From assembly GCA_963738485.1 (NCBI GenBank), contig CAVTWK010000002.1:63183-127182 (forward strand): DNA of 64,000 nt, read 5' to 3'. A program made the translations under genes and the position numbers. Positions 19,746-31,000 of the stretch are shown here, in pieces. How positions within the stretch are numbered: the stretch's first letter is position 1; every line of letters begins with the position of its first letter. Under the pieces are notes generated by a model. The model worked only from the letters and a program-made list of their open reading frames with translations. It was not told the DNA's origin and ran no database searches. The stretch comes from an uncultured Acidobacteriota bacterium. Its GTDB lineage: Bacteria > Acidobacteriota > Vicinamibacteria > Vicinamibacterales > SCN-69-37.

Positions 19746-19928
19746 GACCGGCGCACCTCATCAGCGCGTCATGGTACACGCGGACCGGCGGTCGTGCGGC
19801 TCGCGGCGCGTGGGCCGCAGTCCCGCCCTCATGGAACGCGCCTGCGCTGAACTGTTGTATCGTTAGCCCGCTCGCTCACATCAGTCGTTCGTCCGTTCGT
19901 CCGTCGGTACCGCATGGAGGCGCGTGGC

Positions 19929-20732
19929 ATGCAGGTGATTCCGGTGTCGGAGGTACGTCGCGGGTTCGGGAAGACCGCCAGGCGTGACGCGTGGTGGACG
20001 ACTCCAGCGCTCATCTTCGTCGGCTTGTCGGCGTTCATCGCCTACGCCACCTGGGCGGCGTTCCAGAACGCGCACTACGCGTTCGGACCCTACCTGTCGC
20101 CCTTCTATTCTCCTGAGATTTTCGGTGACTCCACGCACGCGTGGTTCGGCCCGAAGCCCGCGTGGTGGCCGGGGATATTGCCGTTCTCGCCGGCTCTGCT
20201 GATTCTTCCGTTTCCGGGCCTCTTTCGGTTCACTTGTTATTACTATCGCGGCGCCTACTACAAGTCGTTCTGGGCCGATCCGCCCGCGTGCGCCGTCGGC
20301 GAACCGCGCAAGGGTTACCGCGGTGAACATTCCTTTCCGCTGATCCTCCAGAACATTCATCGGTATTTCATGTGGGTCGCGCTGGTGTTCATTGCGCTGC
20401 TCGCCTGGGACGTCTGGGTGGCGCTGTGGTTCACCGATGCCGCCACGGGGCGCGTCCAGTTTGGCGTCGGGGTCGGTTCAATCGTGCTCGCCGTCAACGT
20501 CGTGCTGCTGGCCTGCTACACGTGGGGCTGCCACGTCCTCCGGCACGTGGTCGGCGGCTTCAAGGACGAGGTGTCGAAGTCGCCCGTCTGCGACTACGCC
20601 TATGCCTGCGTGAGTGGGCTCAACGGGCGCCATCAGCTTTTTGCCTGGTGCAGCCTCTTCTCGGTGATGTCGGCGGACCTGTACGTGCGCCTCTGTTCGA
20701 TGGGCGTCATCACCGACCTGAGGATTCTCTGA
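19929..20732 (+). CDS. Succinate dehydrogenase membrane subunit, mycobacterial Sdh1 (Rv0249c)-like
   Basis: GGAGG RBS; YLSPFYSP; FRFTCYYYR; NIHRYF; GCHVLRH; coupled to sdhA. Confidence 0.8.
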   Translation: MQVIPVSEVRRGFGKTARRDAWWTTPALIFVGLSAFIAYATWAAFQNAHYAFGPYLSPFYSPEIFGDSTHAWFGPKPAWWPGILPFSPALLILPFPGLFRFTCYYYRGAYYKSFWADPPACAVGEPRKGYRGEHSFPLILQNIHRYFMWVALVFIALLAWDVWVALWFTDAATGRVQFGVGVGSIVLAVNVVLLACYTWGCHVLRHVVGGFKDEVSKSPVCDYAYACVSGLNGRHQLFAWCSLFSVMSADLYVRLCSMGVITDLRIL

Positions 20733-22549
20733 TGGCCGCGCGGAGTACCCTTTCGTACGACGTGCTCGTGATCGGCGCCGGGGGCGCTGGGCTGCGGGCG
20801 GCCATCGAGGCCGTTGGCCAGGGCGTCTCGGTCGGCCTGATCTGCAAATCGCTGCTCGGGAAGGCGCACACGGTGATGGCCGAGGGTGGCATGGCCGCCG
20901 CCATGGGCAACGTGGACGACCGCGACAACTGGCAGGTGCACTTCGCCGACACGATGCGTGGGGGCCAGTACGTGAACAACTGGCGCATGGCGGAGCTGCA
21001 TGCCAAGGAAGCACCCGACCGGGTGAGGGAGCTCGAAGCGTGGGGCGCGGTGTTCGACCGCACGCCGGATGGCCGCATCCTGCAGCGCAACTTCGGCGGC
21101 CACCGATACCCGCGTCTGGCGCACGTCGGCGATCGCACCGGACTCGAGCTGATCCGCACCCTGCAGGACCACACCGTGTACCTGGGCGTGACCGTCCACA
21201 TGGAGCACACGGTCATCGATCTGCTGCTCGATGGCGGCCGCGTGGCGGGCGCGCTGGCCTACGACCGAGAGCGCGGGCGTTTCCATGTGTTCGCGGCCAA
21301 GGCCGTCATCCTGGCGACGGGCGGTGTCGGCCGCGCCTATCGCGTGACCAGCAACAGCTGGGAGGGCACGGGCGATGGCCATGCGCTCGCCTATCGCGCG
21401 GGCGCCGAACTGATCGACATGGAGTTCGTCCAGTTCCATCCGACCGGCATGGTCTGGCCGCCGAGCGTGAAAGGCATCCTCGTCACCGAAGGCGTGCGGG
21501 GGGAGGGCGGCGTACTGAAGAACAGCGAAGGCCGCCGGTTCATGTTCGACGACATCCCGGACAACTACAAGCCGCAGACCGCGTCGGACGCCGAAGAGGG
21601 CTGGCGCTATACGCAGGGGGACAAGACGGCGCGGCGTCCACCCGAACTGCTCACGCGTGATCATGTGGCGCGGTGCATCATGCGCGAGGTCAAGGCCGGC
21701 CGCGGCTCCCCGCACGGCGGCGTCTTCCTCGACATCGCCTGGATCAAGGAGAAGATCTCGAGTGCGCCCGAGCACATCCGGCGCAAGCTCCCGAGCATGT
21801 ATCACCAGTTCAAGGAACTGGCCGACCTCGACATCACGCAGGAGCCCATGGAGGTCGGGCCGACCACGCACTACATCATGGGCGGCATCCGCGTGAATGC
21901 GGACACGCAGGAGTCCACCATTCCGGGGCTCTTCGCCGCCGGCGAATGCGCGGCCGGTATCAACGGCGCCAATCGACTGGGCGGCAACTCGCTGTCCGAT
22001 CTGATCGTCTTCGGCAAACGCGCGGGGGAGTACGCCGCCGCGCACGCCAAGGGCCAGGCCGCACCGACGCTCGACGAGGGCGCGATCCAGGCGGCGATGC
22101 AGACGTCCCTCGCGCCATTCGAGCGGGGAAGTGCCGGCGTCAATCCGTACAAGGTCCAGTCCGACCTCCAGGACACCATGCAGGACCTCGTCGGCATCGT
22201 GCGGCAGGAAGCCGAGATGCAGGAGGCCCTGGTGCGGCTCGCGGCGCTCAACGCGCGTGCCGACGTGGCCGGCGTCGATGGGCATCGCGAGTATCACTCG
22301 GGATGGCACACGTGCCTCGACTTGCGCAACCTGCTGACGGTCTCGGAAGCCATCACGCGATCGGCGATCGAGCGCAAGGAGAGTCGCGGCGGCCACTTCC
22401 GCGAGGACTACCCGGACAAGGCCCAGGTCTTCGGGACGTTCAACATCGCGGTGGCCCAGACCCGTGAGGGCGCGATGCAGGTTTCGCGTCTGCCCATTCC
22501 TGAGATGCCCGCCGCACTCAAGCAAGTCATCGAGGATCAGAAGCAATGA
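20732..22549 (+). CDS. sdhA: Succinate dehydrogenase / fumarate reductase flavoprotein
   Basis: IGAGGAG; covalent-FAD His motif KAHTVMAEGG; QFHPTG; HYIMGG; GANRLGGNSL; ESRGGH. Confidence 0.95.
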   Translation: MAARSTLSYDVLVIGAGGAGLRAAIEAVGQGVSVGLICKSLLGKAHTVMAEGGMAAAMGNVDDRDNWQVHFADTMRGGQYVNNWRMAELHAKEAPDRVRELEAWGAVFDRTPDGRILQRNFGGHRYPRLAHVGDRTGLELIRTLQDHTVYLGVTVHMEHTVIDLLLDGGRVAGALAYDRERGRFHVFAAKAVILATGGVGRAYRVTSNSWEGTGDGHALAYRAGAELIDMEFVQFHPTGMVWPPSVKGILVTEGVRGEGGVLKNSEGRRFMFDDIPDNYKPQTASDAEEGWRYTQGDKTARRPPELLTRDHVARCIMREVKAGRGSPHGGVFLDIAWIKEKISSAPEHIRRKLPSMYHQFKELADLDITQEPMEVGPTTHYIMGGIRVNADTQESTIPGLFAAGECAAGINGANRLGGNSLSDLIVFGKRAGEYAAAHAKGQAAPTLDEGAIQAAMQTSLAPFERGSAGVNPYKVQSDLQDTMQDLVGIVRQEAEMQEALVRLAALNARADVAGVDGHREYHSGWHTCLDLRNLLTVSEAITRSAIERKESRGGHFREDYPDKAQVFGTFNIAVAQTREGAMQVSRLPIPEMPAALKQVIEDQKQ

Positions 22550-23292
22550 CCGAGGCGACCTTTCGCATCTGGCGCGGCGGATCCGACGGGACCGGACAGT
22601 TCGTGGACTACGCGACGCCGGTCTCGGAGGGCATGGTCGTGCTCGACGCGGTGCACCGCGTGCAGGCCGATCAAGCGCCCGACCTGGCCTGCCGGTGGAA
22701 CTGCAAGGCCGGCAAGTGCGGCTCCTGTTCGGCCGAGATCAACGGGCACCCGAAACTGATGTGCATGACGCGGCTGAACACGCTCGATCTCACCGAGCCG
22801 GTGACCGTCGAGCCGATGCGCGCGTTTCCGCCCATCAAGGACCTGGTCACCGACGTCTCGTGGAACTTCCGGGTCAAGCCGACGCTGCGGAAGTTCGCGC
22901 CGCGAAAGCCGGATGCTGCCGACGGCACGTGGCGGATGGCACAGCGCGACATCGACCGCGTGCAGGAGTTCCGCAAGTGCATCGAGTGCTACCTGTGCCA
23001 GGACGTCTGTCACGTCGTCCGCGACCACAAGAAGCACGACGTCGGGTTCATCGGGCCCCGGTTCTTCGTCTATTCCGCAGCGCTCGAGATGCACCCGCTC
23101 GATACCGGTGATCGCCTCGCCGACCTGAAGAACGCGAACGGCCTGGGCTACTGCAACATCACCAAGTGCTGCACGAAGGTCTGTCCCGAGCACATCCACA
23201 TCACCGACAACGCGATCATTCCCCTCAAGGAGCGCGTGATCGACCGGTTCTACGATCCGGTGACGCGGCTCCTCAGGATGTTCAAGTCGTGA
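22546..23292 (+). CDS. sdhB: Succinate dehydrogenase iron-sulfur subunit
   Basis: CKAGKCGSC...C; CIECYLCQDVC; CNITKCCTKVCP. Confidence 0.95.
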   Translation: MTEATFRIWRGGSDGTGQFVDYATPVSEGMVVLDAVHRVQADQAPDLACRWNCKAGKCGSCSAEINGHPKLMCMTRLNTLDLTEPVTVEPMRAFPPIKDLVTDVSWNFRVKPTLRKFAPRKPDAADGTWRMAQRDIDRVQEFRKCIECYLCQDVCHVVRDHKKHDVGFIGPRFFVYSAALEMHPLDTGDRLADLKNANGLGYCNITKCCTKVCPEHIHITDNAIIPLKERVIDRFYDPVTRLLRMFKS

Positions 23293-23307
23293 TCACGGGA
23301 GGCTGTC

Positions 23308-23805
23308 ATGTTCGAACTCAAGCCCTTGTCCCCGTCTGCGGTGCCCGCCGCACTCGCCAAGGCTGAACGCTACCGCCTTCTCAACGAGCCCGAGCAGAGC
23401 GAGAGCATCTGCGAGGACGTGCTCCGCGCCGACCCGGACAACCAGGCGGCCCGCGTGATGTTGATCCTGACTATCACCGACGGCTTCCCCCACTCCACCC
23501 ACGAGGCCGCGCGCGCGATGGCCCTGGTGGCCGCCCTGCCGGCCGAGTACGACCGGCACTACTACGCCGGACTCGTCGCCGAGCGCCGCGCCAGGGCCGT
23601 CCTGTCGCGCGGTGGCCTTGGAGGCCGCGCGGGCGGCCCCTGGCTGCACGAGGCGATGCGCGAGTACGAGCGCGCCGATGCCCTGCGGCCGGCAGGGAAC
23701 GACGACGCGCGGTTGCGGTGGAACGCCTGCGCGCGCGTCTTCAACGCGCATCCTGACCTGCTCGCGGAAGACGACGAGCCGGCCACCCCCATCATGCTGG
23801 AGTAG
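23308..23805 (+). CDS. TPR-like hypothetical protein in the sdh operon
   Basis: GGAGG RBS, 15 bp after sdhB; KAERYRLLNEP..SESICEDVL; DDARLRWNAC. Confidence 0.75.
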   Translation: MFELKPLSPSAVPAALAKAERYRLLNEPEQSESICEDVLRADPDNQAARVMLILTITDGFPHSTHEAARAMALVAALPAEYDRHYYAGLVAERRARAVLSRGGLGGRAGGPWLHEAMREYERADALRPAGNDDARLRWNACARVFNAHPDLLAEDDEPATPIMLE

Positions 23806-23857
23806 CCAGCGACAGTCGGCGTTCACGCGTTCCACACCTGATCTCGGGGAGGCAGCC

Positions 23858-25246
23858 ATGCTCGATCGAGAAGCGGTATCCACGTTCCAGAGCGGCCTGC
23901 GCGGCAATCTCATTCAGCCAGGCGACCCGGACTACGACGAGGCGCGCAAGGTCTACAACGGCATGATCGACAAGCGCCCGCGGCTCATCGCGCAGTGCGC
24001 GGACGTGGCAGACGTCATCGCGTGCGTCAACTTCGCCCGGACACATCAGCTGTTGCTGGCGGTCCAGGGCGGCGGTCACAACGGGCCGGGCCTCGGCACC
24101 TGCGACGACGGACTCGTCATCGTCCTCTCAGCGATGAACGGGGTCCGTGTGGACGTCGCGGCCGGAACCGTGCGGGCGGAGGGCGGGTGCACCTGGGGCG
24201 ACGTGGACCACGTCACGCACGCCTTCGGATGCGCGGTGCCGGCGGGCATCATCTCGACCACCGGCGTCGGCGGGCTGACGCTCGGTGGCGGCATCGGACA
24301 TCTGACGCGCGGGTATGGCCTGACGATCGACAATCTCCTCGCCGCCGACGTCGTCCTCGCAGACGGGCGTCTGGTCACGACGAGTGCGTCTGAGCATCCC
24401 GATCTGTTCTGGGCGATTCGCGGCGGCGGGGGCAACTTCGGCGTGGTCACTTCCTTCCTCTTCAAGCTGCAGCCGGTCAGCGTGAACTACGCCGGTCCGA
24501 TGCTCTGCCACATCGACCGGGCGGCCGAGGTCCTGAGGTGGTACCGCGACTTCATCGTCAACGCGCCAGACAACCTCACCGGCTTCTTTGCGTTCCTCGT
24601 CGTGCCGCCGGGACCGCCATTCCCCGAGGAACTGCACCACAAGACGATGTGCGGTGTGGTGTGGTGTTACTCAGGGCCCGATGCCGTGAAGGACGGACCG
24701 GAGGTGTTTGCGCCGATTCGCGCGGCGATGAAGCCGGCGCTGGACTTCGTCGGGCCGATTCCGCATCCCATGCTCCAGAGCATGTTCGACGGCCTGTTCG
24801 TCTCGGGACTGCAGTGGTACTGGAAGGCCGACTTCGTCCACACGCTCTCGGACGAGGCCGTGGCGCTGCACGTCAAGCACGGGTCGCAGGTGCCGACAGT
24901 CCACTCGACGATGCACCTGTACCCGATCGACGGTGCCGCGAGTCGCGTGGGCAAGGGCGACACGCCGTGGGGCTATCGCGATGCCAAGTGGGCCGAGGTC
25001 ATCGTCGGCGTGGACCCGGATTCGGCGAACAAGGCGCGCATCATTGCCTGGGCCCGCGAGTACTGGCAGGCGCTGCATCCGCACTGCGCCCCTGGCGCGT
25101 ACGTGAACTTCATGATGGCCGATGAAGGCGAAGAGCGCGTGCAGGCCACGTACGGGGCCAACTACGCCCGCCTGGCCGCCGCGAAAGGGAAGTACGACCC
25201 GGCCAATCTGTTCAAGGTGAACCAGAACATCAGGCCAGCGGGCTGA
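23858..25246 (+). CDS. FAD-linked oxidase (VAO/berberine-bridge family)
   Basis: GGAGG RBS; GGGHN; GGLTLGGG; DLFWAIRGGGGNFGVVT; YVNF; KYDPANLF. Confidence 0.93.
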   Translation: MLDREAVSTFQSGLRGNLIQPGDPDYDEARKVYNGMIDKRPRLIAQCADVADVIACVNFARTHQLLLAVQGGGHNGPGLGTCDDGLVIVLSAMNGVRVDVAAGTVRAEGGCTWGDVDHVTHAFGCAVPAGIISTTGVGGLTLGGGIGHLTRGYGLTIDNLLAADVVLADGRLVTTSASEHPDLFWAIRGGGGNFGVVTSFLFKLQPVSVNYAGPMLCHIDRAAEVLRWYRDFIVNAPDNLTGFFAFLVVPPGPPFPEELHHKTMCGVVWCYSGPDAVKDGPEVFAPIRAAMKPALDFVGPIPHPMLQSMFDGLFVSGLQWYWKADFVHTLSDEAVALHVKHGSQVPTVHSTMHLYPIDGAASRVGKGDTPWGYRDAKWAEVIVGVDPDSANKARIIAWAREYWQALHPHCAPGAYVNFMMADEGEERVQATYGANYARLAAAKGKYDPANLFKVNQNIRPAG

Positions 25247-25307
25247 CGTGAGATTGGTGGCGGCCACGCCCGTCGGTGTGGTGAACTGTCTCGCGATGCG
25301 ACTCAGG

Positions 25308-26243
25308 ATGCGGATGTGGGCGGCCGTCGCGCTGCTGGGCCTCTGGAGTGTGGACGTTGGGCGGGGGCAGGAAGAGGACCCAGCCGCCTTGCTTGCGGCG
25401 ATGCGCACCGCGCTCGGGGGAGAGGCGACGCTCAGCGCAGTGCGGGCGTGGTCCGTCAGCGGCAGCCTGACCAGGACATTCGGCGGGCGAAGCAAGAGCG
25501 TCTCGACCGAGATCTTTGTCCTGCTCCCCGATCACTACATGACGGTGGACCGGGACTCGCAGTCCGGTGGGCCGATCGCGATCGACATCACGTACTACAA
25601 CGGCTTTCGTGGCGACCGCCTGATTCGCCGGACGGATTCGACGATTCCGTTCCCGCCCGATCCCGGGCCGCAGACGCCGCAGGCCATCGCGGACCGCGAG
25701 AGTCGGAGCCTGATGCGGGCTCGCCAGGCGTTCGCGCGCGTGGCGCTGGTGCTCTTCGGTGAGGCGTCCGCGAGCTATCCGTTGACGTTCACCGCCGCAG
25801 GCACCACCACGATCGACGGGCGAGCCGCCGATGTCATTCGCGCGGAAGGCGTGGACGGGTTTCCGATGACGCTGTTCATCGACGCGGTCAACCACCTGCC
25901 AATCGCGCTGGAATGGCAAGCGCCGCCCGTCGTGGTGACCTCGATGTCATCCACGGTCGCGGTTCGGACGACCGTGCCAGGCGCGCGCGGCGGCGGGCCG
26001 CCCCCGGGCCCTGCCAGCGTCGTGGGGCTGTCGCCGGGATCTCCGGCGCCAGTGGTGGACCCAACGAGCCTGCCGCTGGTGACGCAGCGACAGGTGTTCT
26101 CGGACTTCAAGCTCGAGGACGGGGTCAACTGGCCGCGCCGCTGGCGCACGCTGGTGAACGGCGAGGTGACCGAAGACGCCAGGCTCGGCCGGTACCGGAT
26201 CAATCCGAAGATCGAGGCGAAGAAGTTCGACGTCGGGCGGTAG
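25308..26243 (+). CDS. Exported hypothetical protein (LolA-like / sorting-protein-like; start uncertain)
   Basis: Signal peptide; ALGG..L..V N-terminus; C-terminal FSDFK..DGV.WP...INP.I...KF. Confidence 0.6.
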   Translation: MRMWAAVALLGLWSVDVGRGQEEDPAALLAAMRTALGGEATLSAVRAWSVSGSLTRTFGGRSKSVSTEIFVLLPDHYMTVDRDSQSGGPIAIDITYYNGFRGDRLIRRTDSTIPFPPDPGPQTPQAIADRESRSLMRARQAFARVALVLFGEASASYPLTFTAAGTTTIDGRAADVIRAEGVDGFPMTLFIDAVNHLPIALEWQAPPVVVTSMSSTVAVRTTVPGARGGGPPPGPASVVGLSPGSPAPVVDPTSLPLVTQRQVFSDFKLEDGVNWPRRWRTLVNGEVTEDARLGRYRINPKIEAKKFDVGR

Positions 26244-26266
26244 CGGCGACGTGATGCGGCGCCCAA

Positions 26267-26635
26267 TCACGGCATCGGCGTCCACGCGTGCAACATCCGC
26301 CAACGCTCGTCGCCCGCGTGGTACGCGAGCAGCACTCGCCGCACGACGTCGAGCGTGACGCCGCCGGCGACTTCGACCATGGCGCCAGGTGCCCCGGGTG
26401 AAAACTGGAGCGCGTAGGGCCCGGCCCCGGTCCCAGCCGCCTGCAGAAACGCCTCGTCGTCTTCGAGGATCACATACTCGATGTCCCCGCGCGCCATCAC
26501 CTCGATGGCCTCCAGGAGTTGCGCCTCCTCGACGTGCTCGACGAGCGTGCCGTCTGATGTCGTGAGTGGTGGCCGGCCCAGACTGCTCAGCAGTGACCCC
26601 AGCCACGAACTAGCGTCGGGCAATCGCATGATCAT
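26267..26635 (-). CDS. Hypothetical protein
   Basis: GGGAGG RBS; YVILEDDEAFLQAA...LLAYHAGDERWR. Confidence 0.6.
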   Translation of the reverse strand: MIMRLPDASSWLGSLLSSLGRPPLTTSDGTLVEHVEEAQLLEAIEVMARGDIEYVILEDDEAFLQAAGTGAGPYALQFSPGAPGAMVEVAGGVTLDVVRRVLLAYHAGDERWRMLHAWTPMP

Positions 26636-26733
26636 TTCCGCGCCCTCCCTGCTAAGCGTGCCACAGCCGCACCCAGCCTCGGCACTGGACCGGTTCTCCG
26701 CGAAGTCCGCGTCCGCGTGATACAACCCGCACG

Positions 26734-27894
26734 ATGCCGTCCGCGGAGCAGCCCCTGAGTCGCGCGCGCTTCGCCCTGGCGATAGGCGTGGGTCTGGCGG
26801 TCGTCGTCTCCGCGCCTTTCATGGGCGAGGTGCGCCGCTGGATTCGGCTGGAGTTCCCTGGCCACTTCGTCGCGATTGTCGGCGGGGCGGTCGGTGCGGC
26901 GGCGCTCGGCGCCCTGGCGTGGGCGCTGGCCCGCATCCGCGACCGGCGAGTCCCTCGCTACGGACTCATCATCCTTGCGGCAGTGATCGCCGTCGCCTAC
27001 GCGCGGTGGTCAGCGCTCGGGAATCCGGACTCGGACGCCGTCGAGCGCGTGCACTTCATCCAGTTCGGATTGGTCGCCTGGCTCTTCTACCGCGCCTGGC
27101 TCCCGCTCGGCGACCTCACCGTACTCGTCCTGACCTTCCTGAGCGCGCTGACGGTGGGCACCTTCGAGGAGTGGTTTCAGTGGTTCATCCCGGCGCGCGT
27201 CGGCGAGGTCCGTGACATCGCCCTGAACTCGGCGGCGATCGTGTGCGGGATGCTGTTCAGCCTCGCGGTCCAGCCGCCGGGGCGTTTGGCAGCCCCAGGC
27301 CGCCGTGGCCTCGCGCATACGGCGATGACGACGGCGATCGCCGTAGGCGCCCTCGCGGGATTTGTGGACGCGGCTCACATCGGCCATGAGATTCGCGACG
27401 ACCGGATCGGCGCGTTCCGCTCGCTGTTCACGGCCGACGAACTGCGTGCGCTCTCGGTGGACCGTCAGGCACGCTGGGCCTCGGCCCCACCGCTCGTGCG
27501 ACCCGCACGGGTTTCCCGCGAAGACCAGTATGCGAGCGAGGCCCTGCTGCACGTCCAAGCGCGCAACACGCGGTGGGCGGCCGGAGAGGCTGACCCAGCG
27601 TGGCGCGAGAACCTGATTCTCGAGACCTACTTCGCGTCCGTGCTCGACGCCCCTTCCTATGTATCGGCGACGGGCCACCGGTGGGCGTCTGGGCACCGCG
27701 CTGACGCTGAGCGGCGGATGCGGCCGGCAGGCGGGGAAACGGCAGACGCCGAGGGCTTCGTCAGCCACGCACAGGGCGAGTTCCCGATCCTGCTGTGGCC
27801 GAGAACGTGGTTCCGCGCAGTGTCGGCGGCGCTGGTCGTGGGCCTGATCGTCGCCGCCGTCGTCACGAGGCGACGGGCCGGACCCACCCGATAG
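26734..27894 (+). CDS. Membrane protein with VanZ-like domain
   Basis: Multiple TM segments; ERVHFIQFG; EEWFQWFIPARVGEVRDIALN. Confidence 0.75.
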   Translation: MPSAEQPLSRARFALAIGVGLAVVVSAPFMGEVRRWIRLEFPGHFVAIVGGAVGAAALGALAWALARIRDRRVPRYGLIILAAVIAVAYARWSALGNPDSDAVERVHFIQFGLVAWLFYRAWLPLGDLTVLVLTFLSALTVGTFEEWFQWFIPARVGEVRDIALNSAAIVCGMLFSLAVQPPGRLAAPGRRGLAHTAMTTAIAVGALAGFVDAAHIGHEIRDDRIGAFRSLFTADELRALSVDRQARWASAPPLVRPARVSREDQYASEALLHVQARNTRWAAGEADPAWRENLILETYFASVLDAPSYVSATGHRWASGHRADAERRMRPAGGETADAEGFVSHAQGEFPILLWPRTWFRAVSAALVVGLIVAAVVTRRRAGPTR

Positions 27895-28010
27895 CCCGTC
27901 CGGGCGCCATCTCCGCTGAACTCTCGCCCGAGCCGTGGCGGCCGCGAGGCTACGTCCCGGGCCCGCCACTCGTGTACGCTCTTGGAACCAGTTTGGAATC
28001 AGGAGTGCGC

Positions 28011-31000
28011 ATGCAGGTTCGACGTCTGTTTCACGGCGCGTCCATCGCCGTCCTGATCGTGGTGGCCGGAGGGCTCGTGAGCGGGAGGCAAGTTCCGGCC
28101 GGGGGGCTTCCGAAGGTCCCCGCCACTGTCCGACTCGACGCGGCCGAGGCTGCTCGGCTGGCCCGGGAGGTCCGCGCCGGGGCGAAGGTCGAACTTCCGC
28201 CTGGCCTCGAACTCACGCTCTGGGCTCCGCAGCAGTTGCTAATCGACCCGGTCGCGATCGACATCGACGCGCGCGGACGCGCCTACGTCACGAGCACCAC
28301 GCGCAACAACCTCCCGCTCGACATTCGTCCGCATCCGGACTGGACCACGACCGCGCACACGCTGAAGACCACGGACGAGCTCCGGAGGTTCTACCTCAGC
28401 CAGATGGCGATCGACCGGAGCGCGGTCAACACCTGGATCGTGGACATGAACGGCGACGGCTCGCGTGACTACCGCGACCTCGAGGAGATGAAGGAGCGCG
28501 TCTACCGGATTCAGGACACCAACGGCGACGGCATCGCCGACCTCTCGGAACTGGTGATGGAGGGGTTCAACAAGGACCCGGTGTCGGACATCGCCGGCGG
28601 CATCCTGTATCACGAGGGTGACCTCATCGTCGGCGTGCCGCCCGGCATCTACCGCCTGCACGATACGAACGGCGACGGGAAGACCGATCGGCAGACGACG
28701 ATCAGCGAAGGCTTCTACACGCATCCGACCTTTGGCGGGCATGGCATCTCAGGCGTGACGATCGGGCCCGACGGCCGGCTCTACTGGGAGGTCGGTGACA
28801 TGGGGATGCATGTCGTCGATGCCGCCGGTCGTGCCTGGTCCTACCCGAATCAGGGCGTCGTCGTGCGATCCGAGCTGGATGGATCGGGGTTCGAGGTCTT
28901 CGCGTCCGGCATTCGGAACCTGCAGGAATTCTCGTTCGACGAGCACGCCAACCTGATCTCCGTAGATAACGACGGCGACCACCAGGGCGAGACCGAGCGG
29001 CTGGTCTACCTGACGTACGGCAGCGACACGGGCTGGCGCTCGAACTGGCAGTACGGCAAGTACACCGATCCCAAGAACAACCGCTACAACGTGTGGATGG
29101 CCGAGGGCCTGTTCAAGACGCGTCATGTCGGGCAGTCGTCGCATATCCTGCCGGCGCTCGCGCCATGGCATGCGGGACCGGCGGGGATGGCCTTCAATCC
29201 TGGAACCGCGCTGTCGGACGAGTGGCGCAAGCACTTCTTCGTCGCCAGCTTTCCGGGCGGCGCCGCCAACGCGCGGATCTACGGGTTCACCCTCGACGAG
29301 GACGGCGCGGGATTCTCGATGGGGCCCGAGCGGACGTTGCTTCGCGGCATCCTGACCGTGGGCATGAAGATCGGGCCTGATGGCGCGCTGTACCTGACGG
29401 ACTTCATCTCGGGCTTCAACTCCAACAACAACGGCCGGCTGTGGAAGCTGGATACGCCGGCGACGGCCGGGTCGGCAGCGCGCAAGGAGGTCCAGGCGCT
29501 GCTCCTCGAGAACTTCGCGGACCGTCCGTCCACGGGTGTCGCCCCGTTGCTTCAGCACATCGACATGCGGATCCGCCAGAAGGCGCAGTTCGATCTGGTG
29601 CGGCGGCGGGACGTCGGCGCGCTGCTGGCGGCCGCGAAGCAGACGACGCATCCGCTGGCGCGGCTGCATGGGTTGTGGGGCATTGGGCAGCTCGCGCGTC
29701 GGGACCCAGGGCAGGCCTCCTCGTTGACCGCATTTCTGACGGACAGCGACGCGGAGGTCCGCGCCCAGGCCGTGCGGATGATCGGCGATGTCCGGTATGC
29801 GGCGGCCAACGACCGCGTGGTGGCTCTGCTCGCGGACCCCGCGCCTCGCGTGCGGTATTTCGCGGCCGAGACGCTCGCGCGGACGGCCTACGCGGCGGCC
29901 ACGCGTCCTCTCATCGAGATGCTGGCGCAGAATGACGGCAAGGACGTGCATCTGCAGCACGCGGCGACGCTGGCGCTGGCGTCCATCGGTGACAGTGCGG
30001 CTCTGGGCGCTCTGTCGAGTCATCCCTCGCGTGCGTTGCGGACGGCGGCAGTCATGGCCCTGCGCCGGATGAGGCATCCAGCCGTGGCGCGCCTCCTGGC
30101 GGACGCTGACGAGTGGGTCGCGACGGATGCGGCCAGAGCGATCAATGACGACGGGTCGATTCCGACCGCGGTGCCGCAGCTGGCCGGGATGCTCGGGCGA
30201 TCGACGACCACGAACGAGCCGTTCGTCCGGCGTGCCATCAATGCGAACCTGCGCGTGGGCAGTGCGGAGGCCGTCGGCAGGTTGGGGGCGTTAGCCAACG
30301 ACGGCACGCGCCCGATGGCGCTACGGCTCGAAGCCGTGGCGGCGCTCGGTGTCTGGACGTCGCCCTCGCCGCTCGATCGCGTCGATGGGTTTTATCTGGC
30401 GCCGTTCGGGCTGCCCGCGGCAGCAGGAGCGCAGGGCGCGGCCAGGGATGGTGCGGCTGCGGCCTCGGCCATCGCGCAGCTGATTGAATCCTCCGTCCGG
30501 GCGGGCACACCGGCGGCAACTGCCGAGATGAAGATTGCGCTGGCGGAGGCAGCCGGTCGGCTGAACGCTGGCGCGGCGGCTCCCGCGCTGCTCGGTCTGC
30601 TCCGCACCGATCCGTCCGCGCCTGTCCGCGTGGCGTCCCTTCAGGCGCTGCAGGTGCTCAGGGTCGGGAGCATGGATGAGCTGATGCAGGTGGCACTCGC
30701 CGACAGCGACGCGGGCGTTCGGCGTGCGGCGCTCTCGGTGCTGCCCTCACTGCCCATGTCGGCCGCGGCGAAGGTCCAGCACCTCACGGCCGTCGTCAGC
30801 AAGGGCTCACTCGTCGAGCAGCAGGGCGCGTTCGAGGTGCTCGGGGCGCTCAAGACCCCCGAGTCGCGCCGGCAGCTCGCGACGTACCTGGACGACCTGA
30901 TCGCGGGTCGCACGGCGCCTGAGCTGCAGATCGACCTGGTCAGCGCGCTCGAGACGGACGGGGGCGCTGATCTCGCGCAGCGACTCGAGGCCCAGCGCAA

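Noticed and set aside
20633-22546. Long antisense and alternate-frame ORFs (also 765-2330, 8123-9499, 28749-30077, 30641-32542, 42507-44024 and the 5' part of 49026-50852)
   Set aside because: Shadow ORFs of well-supported genes, expected from high-GC codon bias; no motifs.
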